In this document: in pieces, positions 40,258 to 51,089 of the stretch
Numbering within the stretch: position 1 is the stretch's first letter
Layout: every line of letters starts with the position of its first letter
NCBI GenBank assembly: GCA_041690295.1
Contig: JAWLHR010000003.1
Location: 64,001 to 128,000 of the forward strand
From: Bdellovibrionales bacterium
GTDB taxonomy: Bacteria > Bdellovibrionota > Bdellovibrionia > Bdellovibrionales > UBA1609
Length of the DNA stretch: 64,000 nt
Direction of reading: 5' to 3'
The notes under the pieces: model-generated
The model's input: the letters and a program-made list of their open reading frames with translations, nothing else
Databases searched by the model: none
Told to the model about the DNA's origin: nothing
Made by a program: the position numbers and the translations under genes

Positions 40258-41251
40258 GAACGTGCAGGCGACGAGAACAAATCAAAAAAGTAAGGGACTT
40301 GGCCGAGGTCTTGGAAGTTTGCTCGGCCCGACCAATGAGGGCGCGTTTTCCAAAACATCGGTGGTCAATCAGGTGGTCGAAGAAGTCACAGCGAAAATCG
40401 AAGCGAATCAACAGTCGGAACCGGCCATAAGTCAGGGAATCATGGAGTCCATTCCCGAGGGCTCACGGATCTGGCACATCGCCATTGAAAATGTTGAGCC
40501 CAATCCGGATCAGCCACGCCAAGTGTTTAATAAAGAAGCCCTGGCCGAGCTCGCCAATTCCATTAGAGAAAAGGGAATCATCCAGCCCTTGCTCGTGCGC
40601 AAAAAAGAAGATGGCAAATTCGAAATCATCGCCGGCGAGCGGAGATGGCGAGCGGCCCAATTAGCGGGATTAAAAGAGGTCCCTGCCCTTATAAAAACCA
40701 GTGAGGACCAAGAAGTTCTTGAGCTGGCGCTGATTGAGAACATTCAGCGGGAAAACTTAAATCCCATTGAAGAAGCCGAAGCCTATGATTTTCTGATTAA
40801 AAAATATAACCTGACCCAAAATGACCTTGCGCAAAAGGTGGGTAAAGAGCGGGCTACGATCACGAACGTTCTGCGTTTGCTGCAATTGCAACCGGGGGTT
40901 CGCGAAATGGTCTCCCGAGGTGAAATTTCCCTGGGTCAGGCTAAAGTGCTTCTCTCGTTGACCGACGCCCAGCTCCAAGTTGATTGGGCGAAAAAGGCCA
41001 AAGAAGAAAGCTTGAGTGTGCGGGAGCTGGAAAAGCGAGTCGCCAAGGCCAAATCCGGTGAAGTGGAAAAAGTTGAAGATAGCGTGAGAACCCGGGCGGC
41101 CGCTGACCTCGCCGAGGAGTTACAAAAATTGATCGGCTCAAAGGTCGCGATCGATTATAATGCGGGTAAAGGTCGAATTGTGATTCACTTTTACTCGGAT
41201 GAAGAGCTGAATCAGATCGCCGATACTTTGAGGGATTCATGGCGCAACTAG
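40250..41251 (+). CDS. parB: Chromosome partitioning CTPase ParB
   Basis: 'GLGRGLGSLL' ParA-activating peptide, 'QPR', 'AGERRWRA', 'ENIQRENLNPIEEA', HTH. Confidence 0.97.
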   Translation: MSENVQATRTNQKSKGLGRGLGSLLGPTNEGAFSKTSVVNQVVEEVTAKIEANQQSEPAISQGIMESIPEGSRIWHIAIENVEPNPDQPRQVFNKEALAELANSIREKGIIQPLLVRKKEDGKFEIIAGERRWRAAQLAGLKEVPALIKTSEDQEVLELALIENIQRENLNPIEEAEAYDFLIKKYNLTQNDLAQKVGKERATITNVLRLLQLQPGVREMVSRGEISLGQAKVLLSLTDAQLQVDWAKKAKEESLSVRELEKRVAKAKSGEVEKVEDSVRTRAAADLAEELQKLIGSKVAIDYNAGKGRIVIHFYSDEELNQIADTLRDSWRN

Positions 41252-41580
41252 AGGCCGTGAACGCGGTCACTGCACTTTTGGAGAAAGGCGCGTCGTTTGA
41301 CGGGCGGTTGACGTTCGAGGGCACCGTTCGCATCGGCGGTCATTTTCGTGGTGAGATCTTTACCAACGATACCCTTGTAATAAATCCAGGCGCTCAGGTT
41401 GAGGCCCAGATCGAGGCCGAAACCGTCATCATTTCCGGTGCTGTGAAGGGAAATATCTTCGCCCGCCGACGGGTGATCATGCATCCCCCGGCGATTTTCC
41501 AGGGGACGGTGACGACCCCTTCGCTCAGGATTGATGAAGGAGTCCTCTTCGAAGGGGCCTCATATATGCCGAAGAATTAA
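41239..41580 (+). CDS. Bactofilin (polymer-forming cytoskeletal protein)
   Basis: Beta-helix repeats 'FDGRL.FEG.VRIGG.F.GEI', 'ISG.VKGNI', 'LRIDEGVLFEG'. Confidence 0.92.
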   Translation: MAQLEAVNAVTALLEKGASFDGRLTFEGTVRIGGHFRGEIFTNDTLVINPGAQVEAQIEAETVIISGAVKGNIFARRRVIMHPPAIFQGTVTTPSLRIDEGVLFEGASYMPKN

Positions 41581-41686
41581 TTTACACTTCCCTTCCTGTC
41601 TTATATACAGTCTCGAGCTGCGGCAAATACCGCCCCGATGGCGGACCTGCAGCTGAATTCAAACTATTTAAGGATTTGGAAACCCA

Positions 41687-42133
41687 ATGGGACTGTTGAC
41701 GGCTCTGGGGGTCAATGAGACCCTGATCTATCAATTTGCCATATTCTCAGTGGTCTTTTTTTGCCTCAATTACATCCTCTTTAAGCCTTATTTTAAGGCC
41801 TTCCTTGAGCGCACTGAAGCCACCGTCGGCCAAACTGAATTGGCGGAACGTTACGTGGCGGAAACTCAACAACTGGAAGCTCAATTCGCGGCACGCGCAC
41901 GCGAAGTCAGCGAAAAATTCCGCGAAGTTTACGAAAAGAATCGCAGCGAGGCTTTGAAGGAATACGACCGAATGGTCAATGAGTCGCGTTTGAACGCGAA
42001 AGAGCTCGTGGAAAACGCACGCGCGAAAATTCAAAAAGATATGGAATTGGCTCGTCAACAGCTCGCCAAAGAAGTTCCCGGCGTGGCCAAGCTTATTATT
42101 CACAAAATGATCGGTAAGGATCTCAGCGCATGA
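41687..42133 (+). CDS. atpF: ATP synthase F0 subunit b'
   Basis: N-terminal TM 'LFKP' followed by a coiled coil. Confidence 0.88.
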   Translation: MGLLTALGVNETLIYQFAIFSVVFFCLNYILFKPYFKAFLERTEATVGQTELAERYVAETQQLEAQFAARAREVSEKFREVYEKNRSEALKEYDRMVNESRLNAKELVENARAKIQKDMELARQQLAKEVPGVAKLIIHKMIGKDLSA

Positions 42134-42684
42134 TTTGGTTTATCGTTTCAAATTTCGCTCAGGCTTGGGCTGCGGGCGGCGCGCATGGTGACGCTCACGC
42201 CATTCCGTGGACCACGATAATCGCTCAATCTTTTAATTTTCTCTTCCTTATCGGCGTTCTGGTTTATTTGCTTCGCAAAACGGTTAAGGCTCATTTCGCA
42301 AACCGCGCGAAAGAGTATCACGAGTTGGTGAACCGGGCCGAAACCGCGCGCAAACAGGCCGAAGATGGAAAGCGGGTCATACAAGACCGTTTGGCCGCCT
42401 TGGAAGCTTCCTCGCAAGATGGGTTGGCTCAAGCCCGACGTGAGGCCGAAGAGCTTCGCGCGCGGATGATTGAAGACGCCAAGAATCTGGCGGATCGTCT
42501 GCAATCCGAAGCGGAACGCACGGCTCAAATTGAACTCGAAAAGGCGAAGGCCGAACTTCGGGCGGAACTTCTGCGCCAGGCGCTCAATGTTTCCCGCGAT
42601 AGCTTGCAGACGAAGTTGGAATCGAGTGATCAGAAGCAATTGCAAAAAGAATTCGCCGACAAAATTCAGGTGGTGGGTTCATGA
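42130..42684 (+). CDS. atpF: ATP synthase F0 subunit b
   Basis: 'NFLFLIGVL' TM plus long coiled coil; precedes atpH. Confidence 0.9.
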   Translation: MIWFIVSNFAQAWAAGGAHGDAHAIPWTTIIAQSFNFLFLIGVLVYLLRKTVKAHFANRAKEYHELVNRAETARKQAEDGKRVIQDRLAALEASSQDGLAQARREAEELRARMIEDAKNLADRLQSEAERTAQIELEKAKAELRAELLRQALNVSRDSLQTKLESSDQKQLQKEFADKIQVVGS

Positions 42685-43229
42685 GAAACGCCATTTTAGC
42701 TGAACGCTACGCCCGCGCGCTTTACGGATTGGCCAAAGAAAACGGCGAACATGAAGCCGTTTTTCAACAGATGAGAATTTTCGAAGATGCTTTGAGCCTG
42801 GATCAGGAGATCAATGAGTTCATCACTTCTCCCCTGATTCGTCCGGCGGAAAAAGTGAAAGCCCTGGAGCAGGTTTTGGCCAAATTCCAAATGCTCGACA
42901 CTTTAAAGCGCTTCCTGCTGGTCTTGGTTAAAAAGAACCGTTTGGGAATTTATTCCGAAATCGTGAACGCTTATCAGATGATTTCGGACGAGGAACATGG
43001 GGTGACTCGCGGAGTGGTTCGATCGGCCACGGTTCTGGCGCCCAGCGAGCGCAAGCAAATCGAGGAATTGGTCAGCCGCGCGACCAAAAAACAAGTCATA
43101 TTAACTTATAAAGAAGATCCGACTCTCTTGGGCGGCTTGGTCGCGCAAGTCGGAAGTTTTACATTCGACGATTCCCTCAATTCTCACTTACAACGCATTA
43201 ACGAGCAATTAACTAGGAGTGTCCATTAA
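42681..43229 (+). CDS. atpH: ATP synthase F1 delta
   Basis: 'AERYARAL', 'DPTLLGG', 'DDS'. Confidence 0.95.
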   Translation: MRNAILAERYARALYGLAKENGEHEAVFQQMRIFEDALSLDQEINEFITSPLIRPAEKVKALEQVLAKFQMLDTLKRFLLVLVKKNRLGIYSEIVNAYQMISDEEHGVTRGVVRSATVLAPSERKQIEELVSRATKKQVILTYKEDPTLLGGLVAQVGSFTFDDSLNSHLQRINEQLTRSVH

Positions 43230-43230
43230 A

Positions 43231-44757
43231 ATGGAAACCACAATTCGCGCCGACGAGATTAGTCGGGTCCTTAAAGAACAGATTAAAAACTACAATAAAG
43301 CCATTGAGGTCAGTGAGACCGGAAGCGTGCTTGCTGTCGGCGATGGTGTGGCCCGTGTGTATGGCATGGAAAAAGCCATGGCCGGCGAGTTGGTTGAGTT
43401 CCCCAACCAAGTGTTTGGAATGGTGCTCAACCTGGAAGCCGACTCGGTGGGTGTGGTTATTTTCGGTGACGACCGCGACATCCGTGAAGGTGATACGGTT
43501 AAACGGACGAAAAAAATCGTGCAGGTTCCGGTTGGTGAAGCGCTTCTCGGCCGCGTGGTCGACGTTTTAGGCCGCCCGATCGATGGCCGGGGCCCCATTG
43601 AATCGAAACATCACCGTATCGTGGAGCTCAAAGCTCCTGGAATTCTTGCTCGTAAATCCGTGCATGAGCCGATGCAGACTGGAATCAAAGCCATCGACTC
43701 CATGATTCCGATTGGCCGTGGACAGCGGGAATTGATCATCGGTGACCGCCAAACCGGAAAAACCGCGATCGCGCTCGACACGATCATTAATCAAAAAGGA
43801 CAGAACGTTCACTGCTTCTACGTGGCCATCGGACAGAAGAAATCCACGGTCGCGCAAGTGGTGGAAAAACTTCGTACGGCCGGCGCGATGGAATACACAA
43901 CCGTTGTCGCCGCGACTTCGTCGGATCCGGCGCCGCTTCAGTATCTTGCGCCCTACTCCGGTTGCGCGATGGCGGAATACTTCCGCGATACCGGGCGCCA
44001 CGCTTTGATCATCTATGACGACTTGACCAAACAAGCTCAGGCTTATCGTCAATTGTCACTTTTGCTCCGCCGCCCGCCCGGCCGCGAAGCTTATCCTGGT
44101 GACGTGTTCTATCTCCACTCCCGTCTGCTCGAGCGCGCCGCGAAGATGAGCGACAAAATGGGTGGTGGTTCATTGACCGCTTTGCCGATCATCGAAACTC
44201 AGGCCGGAGACATTTCCGCTTACATTCCCACCAACGTGATTTCGATCACCGACGGTCAGATCTTCCTCGAAAGCGGATTGTTCCACAAAGGTATCCGCCC
44301 CGCGGTCGATGTGGGTAAGTCGGTGTCCCGGGTGGGTGGTAACGCTCAGATCAAGGCGATGAAACAGGTCGCGGGAACTCTGAAGCTTGAACTCGCCCAG
44401 TTCCGTGAGTTGGAAGCTTTCTCGGCGTTCGCCTCGGATTTGGATAAAGCCACGCAGGCTCAGTTGGCTCGTGGTCGCCGGCTCGTTGAGCTTCTCAAAC
44501 AGCCGCAATACGCGCCCTACCCGGTTGAAGTTCAGGTGGCGGTGATTTGGGCGGCGACGAACGGCTATACCGATTGGATTCCGGAAACCGACGTCCGCCG
44601 TTTCGAAAAAGAATTGGTGGAATTCCTGCAATCGAAACACAATCGCGTGATTTCCACGATTCGGGAAAAGAAGCAGTTGGATGATGAAACCAAACGGGAT
44701 TTGAAACAGGCCCTTGAGGAGTTCAAGGCCATCTTCAGACCCACGGAGAAGAAGTAA
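43231..44757 (+). CDS. atpA: ATP synthase F1 alpha
   Basis: 'GDRQTGKT', '[24 protein letters not shown]'. Confidence 0.98.
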   Translation: METTIRADEISRVLKEQIKNYNKAIEVSETGSVLAVGDGVARVYGMEKAMAGELVEFPNQVFGMVLNLEADSVGVVIFGDDRDIREGDTVKRTKKIVQVPVGEALLGRVVDVLGRPIDGRGPIESKHHRIVELKAPGILARKSVHEPMQTGIKAIDSMIPIGRGQRELIIGDRQTGKTAIALDTIINQKGQNVHCFYVAIGQKKSTVAQVVEKLRTAGAMEYTTVVAATSSDPAPLQYLAPYSGCAMAEYFRDTGRHALIIYDDLTKQAQAYRQLSLLLRRPPGREAYPGDVFYLHSRLLERAAKMSDKMGGGSLTALPIIETQAGDISAYIPTNVISITDGQIFLESGLFHKGIRPAVDVGKSVSRVGGNAQIKAMKQVAGTLKLELAQFRELEAFSAFASDLDKATQAQLARGRRLVELLKQPQYAPYPVEVQVAVIWAATNGYTDWIPETDVRRFEKELVEFLQSKHNRVISTIREKKQLDDETKRDLKQALEEFKAIFRPTEKK

Positions 44758-44763
44758 TCGTCC

Positions 44764-45645
44764 ATGGCTAATTTAAAGGACATCCGCAGCCGCATCGCTA
44801 GCGTGAAGAACACCCAGCAGATCACGCGCGCCATGAAAATGGTGTCTGCAGCGAAACTGCGTCGGGCGCAGATCAACATTCAAAATCTGCGTCCGTTCGC
44901 GAACCACATCCTGAGCGTCATCGCCGACGTGGCGTCCACGCAAAGGGTGGAGCATCCGCTGTTGAGCACCAACAGGGAGCCGCGCAAAGTCTTGCTGGTG
45001 GTCTTGACCTCGGACCGGGGATTGGCGGGCGGATTCAACAACAACATCAACCGGTTCGCCTACAAGTTCTATCAGGACAACAAGGATAAATACGAGAAGC
45101 TGGACTTCTTGTTCATCGGACGAAAAGCCGCTGATTTCTTCCGCAGCCGCAGAATTCAAGGCGTCGACACGATTCTCAATCTCGCGCGGGAAGTTTCCTA
45201 TCCGCTGGCCAGTCAGGTGGCCAAGCGCCTGATGGATTCCTTCGTGACGGGCGGCTACGACTCGATTCTGCTTGTTTACAACGAATTCAAGTCGGCCATT
45301 TCGCAGAATGTGGTGAGTGAAACGCTTTTACCCGTGGACCTCAGCAAAGCGCACTCCGAGGGTGAAAGTAAAATGCCGTTCGCGAAGGACCTTATTTTCG
45401 AACCCGAGCCGGCCTTGATCGTTGATGAATTGTTGCAGAGACATTTCTCCGTTCAAGTGTATCGGGCGATGTGCGAAAGCGTCGCGGCCGAACACGGCGC
45501 GCGTATGGCGGCGATGGAAAACGCCACCAAGAATGCCGGAGAAATGATCCGGACGATGACTTTGACTTACAATAAATTGCGACAAGCTTCGATTACCACT
45601 GAGTTGATTGAGATCACCAGCGGTGCGGAAGCCTTGAAAGGTTAA
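44764..45645 (+). CDS. atpG: ATP synthase F1 gamma
   Basis: 'ITRAMKMV', 'SDRGLAG', 'RQASITTEL'. Confidence 0.98.
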   Translation: MANLKDIRSRIASVKNTQQITRAMKMVSAAKLRRAQINIQNLRPFANHILSVIADVASTQRVEHPLLSTNREPRKVLLVVLTSDRGLAGGFNNNINRFAYKFYQDNKDKYEKLDFLFIGRKAADFFRSRRIQGVDTILNLAREVSYPLASQVAKRLMDSFVTGGYDSILLVYNEFKSAISQNVVSETLLPVDLSKAHSEGESKMPFAKDLIFEPEPALIVDELLQRHFSVQVYRAMCESVAAEHGARMAAMENATKNAGEMIRTMTLTYNKLRQASITTELIEITSGAEALKG

Positions 45646-45649
45646 TTGA

Positions 45650-47065
<1,416 letters not shown>

Positions 47066-47075
47066 GGGGTAGAGC

Positions 47076-47492
47076 GTGTTTGTTTTAAACCTGGTCACAC
47101 CCGAAAAGCGCTTGGTCACGGATGTGGAAGTGGAAGAAGTCATCGTGCCGGGATTTCGTGGTGAGCTGGATATTTTGCCCGGTCACGCACCGCTGATGAC
47201 CACGCTCTCCACCGGGATTTTGCGCTATCGTTTAAAAGGGGCCACGCAGTTTGAACCGGTCGTTGTGAGTTGGGGCTACTGCGAGGTTCACGCCGGTGGC
47301 GTGGTGATTCTGGCGGAGACCGCGGAATCCGTCGCCGAGATCGATCGGCAGCGCGCGGAAGAGGCGCTCAAAAAAGCCCAGGCGAAATTGATGGATCCTT
47401 TCCTTGAGCCCAACCAGATCGAAGGTTTGCAACGCAAAGTTCAGCGGGCGCAAACTCGATTGGCGGCGCTTGGAATCAATCAAACGCACTAA
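47076..47492 (+). CDS. atpC: ATP synthase F1 epsilon
   Basis: 'LVTPE', 'GELDILPGHAP', C-terminal helices. Confidence 0.96.
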   Translation: MFVLNLVTPEKRLVTDVEVEEVIVPGFRGELDILPGHAPLMTTLSTGILRYRLKGATQFEPVVVSWGYCEVHAGGVVILAETAESVAEIDRQRAEEALKKAQAKLMDPFLEPNQIEGLQRKVQRAQTRLAALGINQTH

Positions 47493-49159
47493 TCGCTGTT
47501 TTCAATTTCACTGAAATCATTTTCACCGACATCCGGGGATGAAGAGTCCCCGGCTTCGGCTGGAGTTCGCGTTTCGACGGGTTCAAGCCGTGACGGATTC
47601 ATCAGTTCTTCGGCGATCCAACCGCCGCTTTCAGGACTGTGGCCACCGAAATTAAGTACGGTCATAAAAGTTTCTTGATCCTCGACTTCGCCGGAGTGAT
47701 TGCAATTCACGACAATCAGTTTTTCCCGCAACTGGGGCGTGAGTTGCCGAAGCTTTCGTGCGGTGACGGAGCCGGACGCATAGTAAATCGCCAGTTTGAC
47801 CTCGGGGCGGGCGAGTCGATCGCTCAAAAGGTTCAATGAATGCGAGTTCAAATGATAAAAGCGCGCGCGCCCCTGGTAGTTTTCGCGAAAATGACGGTAA
47901 AAACCGCGGCTGGCGCTGAATACGGGAATCATAAGCTTAGGATCGTATTCCGGCCAATCTCTGAGGCGGTTTTCGATCGCCACTTTAAAGGCTTTCCGCA
48001 TCACCTGGCGTGACATGTCCTCCAGCTTGCGAACCGCGGTCATGGCTTTTTTCATATCGGTTTGCGCCGCCGGTTGTGGCAAAGCTTCCTTGGCCTTGAG
48101 AATTCTTAGAACGCTTTCGTTCAAACGTTCCATGGAAATCCGCCCTTGGTTGACGGCGTTCACCATCGCGTGAAAGGCCCGTCTTTGATGGGCGGGAGTT
48201 CCGGCGAGCATCAACAAGTCGTTCCCGGCGAGGAAAGCGCGAATCGTGCGTTCGCCGATATCGGGATGAATCGCCGCGCCTTTCATTTCCAAATCGTCGG
48301 TCAACACCAGACCTTTAAAGCCCATTTTCTCCCGCAGATGCTCTTGGATGAGAAAAGGCGAATAGGTGGTGGGCAGCCCGCTCTTATCGACATTGGGAAG
48401 AGCCAAGTGCGCGGTCATGAAAAGACTATTGATTCCCTGATCAATGAACTCTTGAAAAGGAACCAAGTCCCTACTCTCCAACTCTTCGAGCGTGGACATT
48501 TTCTTGGGCGTGACCCGGTGACTGTCCTGCACGGTCCCGCCGTGACCTGGAAAATGTTTGGCGGTGGGAATGACTCCGGCGTCGTTCATCCCTCGCGCAT
48601 AGGCGATGGTGAGATTGGACACGTTTTCCGGATCAGCGCCGAACGTGCGATTTCCGATGAAGGAGTCTTTTTTGGGATTGGAAATATCCAGAACCGGAGC
48701 GAGATTCACATTTACTCCCAATGCCATTAGCAAATCACCTTTGGTTTTGGCGAAATCTTTTATGAACTCGGGATCGTCGACTCGACTGAGCGCGAGGGCG
48801 CTGGGTATGGGTGTGTTGATTCGAACACGGGTCACAACCCCGCCTTCCTGGTCGATCATGATGAACAGCGGGGCTTTCATTTTTTTGGCCGCCAAAGATT
48901 GCAGATTGGAGGTCAAACGGGCGAGCTGGCGGGTGTTACGGATGTTTCGCCTGAAAATGATGATCGATCCGGGTTTGTAACGGCTCACCAGGTTATGGAT
49001 ACGCGAGTCTAACTGGGTGCCGATGAGACTCCACACCATGACTTGCCCGACTTTTTCCTCGGTGGACATGCTTTCCAGGATTTCATTTGCGGTTTGGGAA
49101 TGAATGTTTGGACTAAAGACGAGGAGAATCACCGCCGCGACAAAGGAGGAGATTTTCAC
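47489..49159 (-). CDS. nagZ: Exported GH3 beta-N-acetylhexosaminidase (NagZ-like)
   Basis: 'IDQEGG.V.R', 'NLAPVLD', 'KHFPGHG...DSH', 'LTDDLEM'; signal peptide from GTG 49159. Confidence 0.88.
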   Translation of the reverse strand: MKISSFVAAVILLVFSPNIHSQTANEILESMSTEEKVGQVMVWSLIGTQLDSRIHNLVSRYKPGSIIIFRRNIRNTRQLARLTSNLQSLAAKKMKAPLFIMIDQEGGVVTRVRINTPIPSALALSRVDDPEFIKDFAKTKGDLLMALGVNVNLAPVLDISNPKKDSFIGNRTFGADPENVSNLTIAYARGMNDAGVIPTAKHFPGHGGTVQDSHRVTPKKMSTLEELESRDLVPFQEFIDQGINSLFMTAHLALPNVDKSGLPTTYSPFLIQEHLREKMGFKGLVLTDDLEMKGAAIHPDIGERTIRAFLAGNDLLMLAGTPAHQRRAFHAMVNAVNQGRISMERLNESVLRILKAKEALPQPAAQTDMKKAMTAVRKLEDMSRQVMRKAFKVAIENRLRDWPEYDPKLMIPVFSASRGFYRHFRENYQGRARFYHLNSHSLNLLSDRLARPEVKLAIYYASGSVTARKLRQLTPQLREKLIVVNCNHSGEVEDQETFMTVLNFGGHSPESGGWIAEELMNPSRLEPVETRTPAEAGDSSSPDVGENDFSEIENSD

Positions 49160-49207
49160 GCAGATCTCTCCCAGTCGACGGCAATTGGTTATACTTGAGC
49201 CATGCCC

Positions 49208-49975
49208 ATGCATTGGCTATATCTCCTCATCTTCGTTTTCGGCATAATATGGAGTGGACTCACCTATGCGGAGGGCGAGGACGTTGAAGAATCCGCGCAA
49301 AAACGGGGTATGGTTTTGGTCGAGCCACTTGGCGTGGCCACATCAACGACCGATGGCCAATACCGTCTGCTTCCCTATCGTGAGCGAAGGAACAAATGGG
49401 GTTACAACTTCAGTCTGGGCTACAGCACGTACGAACCGTTGAATTACGAGCCGGACGTCGCCGCTGAAGATTTCTCAACCATCTACGGATATTCCGATCT
49501 GCCGCTGATCGAACTGCAGTTCGTGGTCAAACGTAACTTTCCTTTCGGAAGCGTGGGCCTTTCCGTCGGCGTGGGTATTTACGAAAATCAATCCGGAAAC
49601 GTGGACTTCGGTGAATCGACTCTACAGTTGATTCCCGTCAAAGTGGGAGCGGTCCTTTCCCTCGAAACCTTGATGAAGAACCCCTACGTCGTACCATATG
49701 TCGGCGGCGGCGTTTACACGATGATCTTCGATGAATCACTGGGTGGAAATTCACACAATGGTAACACCGAAGCGGCGCCTTATTATCATGGCGGGCTGGC
49801 GTTTCTGCTGGAGTGGATCGATCCGGCCGGAGCGATGATCGCCTATCGGGATTCGGGAATCATCGCGTCCTACGCCTTTGTTGAAATGCAGAAGTACATG
49901 CCGGCGCAGGCGAAAGCCGACGGCGATTTCAGTAACGACATCAGTTACGCCGGCGGCCTCCGAGTCGAATTTTAA
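49208..49975 (+). CDS. Outer-membrane beta-barrel protein, function unknown
   Basis: Signal peptide, alternating beta-strands, C-terminal beta-signal 'GGLRVEF'. Confidence 0.75.
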   Translation: MHWLYLLIFVFGIIWSGLTYAEGEDVEESAQKRGMVLVEPLGVATSTTDGQYRLLPYRERRNKWGYNFSLGYSTYEPLNYEPDVAAEDFSTIYGYSDLPLIELQFVVKRNFPFGSVGLSVGVGIYENQSGNVDFGESTLQLIPVKVGAVLSLETLMKNPYVVPYVGGGVYTMIFDESLGGNSHNGNTEAAPYYHGGLAFLLEWIDPAGAMIAYRDSGIIASYAFVEMQKYMPAQAKADGDFSNDISYAGGLRVEF

Positions 49976-51075
49976 ATGGAACTCAGCAGCCGTCGCACCT
50001 GTTCGGATGTATTAAAGAGATGAAGTGAAATCCGCAAAGCGCCTTCTCGCACGGAAACGTCAATATTGTTCTTCGTGAGCCGCGACCTCAGTTCCAGCGC
50101 ATTGAGGTGTCGTATGCAGACGATTTGTGAGTGAAACTCGTCGGTGGACACGGGCGGGTAATCTTTGGGAAGTTCGCGCCGGAGTTGATCCGCCAATTTC
50201 AAATTGTGATCTTCAATCTTATCCAGTCCGACTTCGCCTAGTAAGTCGAGCGCTCCCGCCCATGCCGCAGCGATCAAAAAACTTGCCGTTTGGCCACGGT
50301 CGAATTTTCTAGCGCCGGGAAGCGATTCGGTCGTGTACTTTAAAAGATTCTCGCTCGTCTGCCCGTTGGGACTTTGTAGCCATGAGGCATGGGTCCGGCG
50401 GATTTTCTCCAGCGCGCGTTTTGAAAAATAACCGAAGGCGCAGCCATAAGGACCAAGCAACCATTTGTAACCGACGCCGGTGATGACGTCGCAGTTCCTG
50501 ATGTGCTCGGCCTTTATCGCCAATCCGCCGAAGGATTGTGAAACGTCGGTTAGAAATAAAACCGCGTCGAATTTTTCTTTTAATAGCCGGCCGATGTTTT
50601 CGACGGGAAGTTTAATACCGGTGTTGAACATGACATGCGAGCAGCCAACGAGGCGCGTTCGCCCGGTGATATGCTTTTTCAGGCCGTTAACGGAAAGAAA
50701 GTCAGAAAGGGGAGCGAAGCGGATTTGAAAACCATTTCGTTCCGCGCGGACCATCCACGGCAGAACCATCGAGGGATAGTCACCTTCGAGAAGCAAAACC
50801 TCATCGCCCTCCCGTAATTCCAAACCATCAGCCACGTGACTAACGACTTCGGAAACGGAAGTGTTAATGGAAATGGAATCCATGGTCGTGCCAAGCAGCC
50901 GGGCCAATCGCTCGCGAAGCTGGTCGGGAATCGGGCGCCATTCGTCATAAAGATAAAACGCCGGATCCAGGCCGCGCGCGAGCACCGCTTCCACGTTCTT
51001 TTTCGCCCTTAACGGCATTGGACCCAGATAGGCTGAATTCAGGTAAATGGATTTTAAATCGAATTCTTTCGTCAT
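49972..51075 (-). CDS. PLP-dependent class V aminotransferase-fold enzyme
   Basis: 'YLNSAYLGP', 'DVSQSFG', 'GYKWLLGPYG' (PLP Lys), 'RISLHLFN'. Confidence 0.9.
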   Translation of the reverse strand: MTKEFDLKSIYLNSAYLGPMPLRAKKNVEAVLARGLDPAFYLYDEWRPIPDQLRERLARLLGTTMDSISINTSVSEVVSHVADGLELREGDEVLLLEGDYPSMVLPWMVRAERNGFQIRFAPLSDFLSVNGLKKHITGRTRLVGCSHVMFNTGIKLPVENIGRLLKEKFDAVLFLTDVSQSFGGLAIKAEHIRNCDVITGVGYKWLLGPYGCAFGYFSKRALEKIRRTHASWLQSPNGQTSENLLKYTTESLPGARKFDRGQTASFLIAAAWAGALDLLGEVGLDKIEDHNLKLADQLRRELPKDYPPVSTDEFHSQIVCIRHLNALELRSRLTKNNIDVSVREGALRISLHLFNTSEQVRRLLSSI

Positions 51076-51089
51076 ATGGAACTCCCCCG

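Noticed and set aside
41616..41660. Possible c-di-GMP-I riboswitch (GGCAAA start)
   Set aside because: Lacks the GNRA tetraloop, the GACGCAAAGC segment and a second stem; kept only as an unassigned structure
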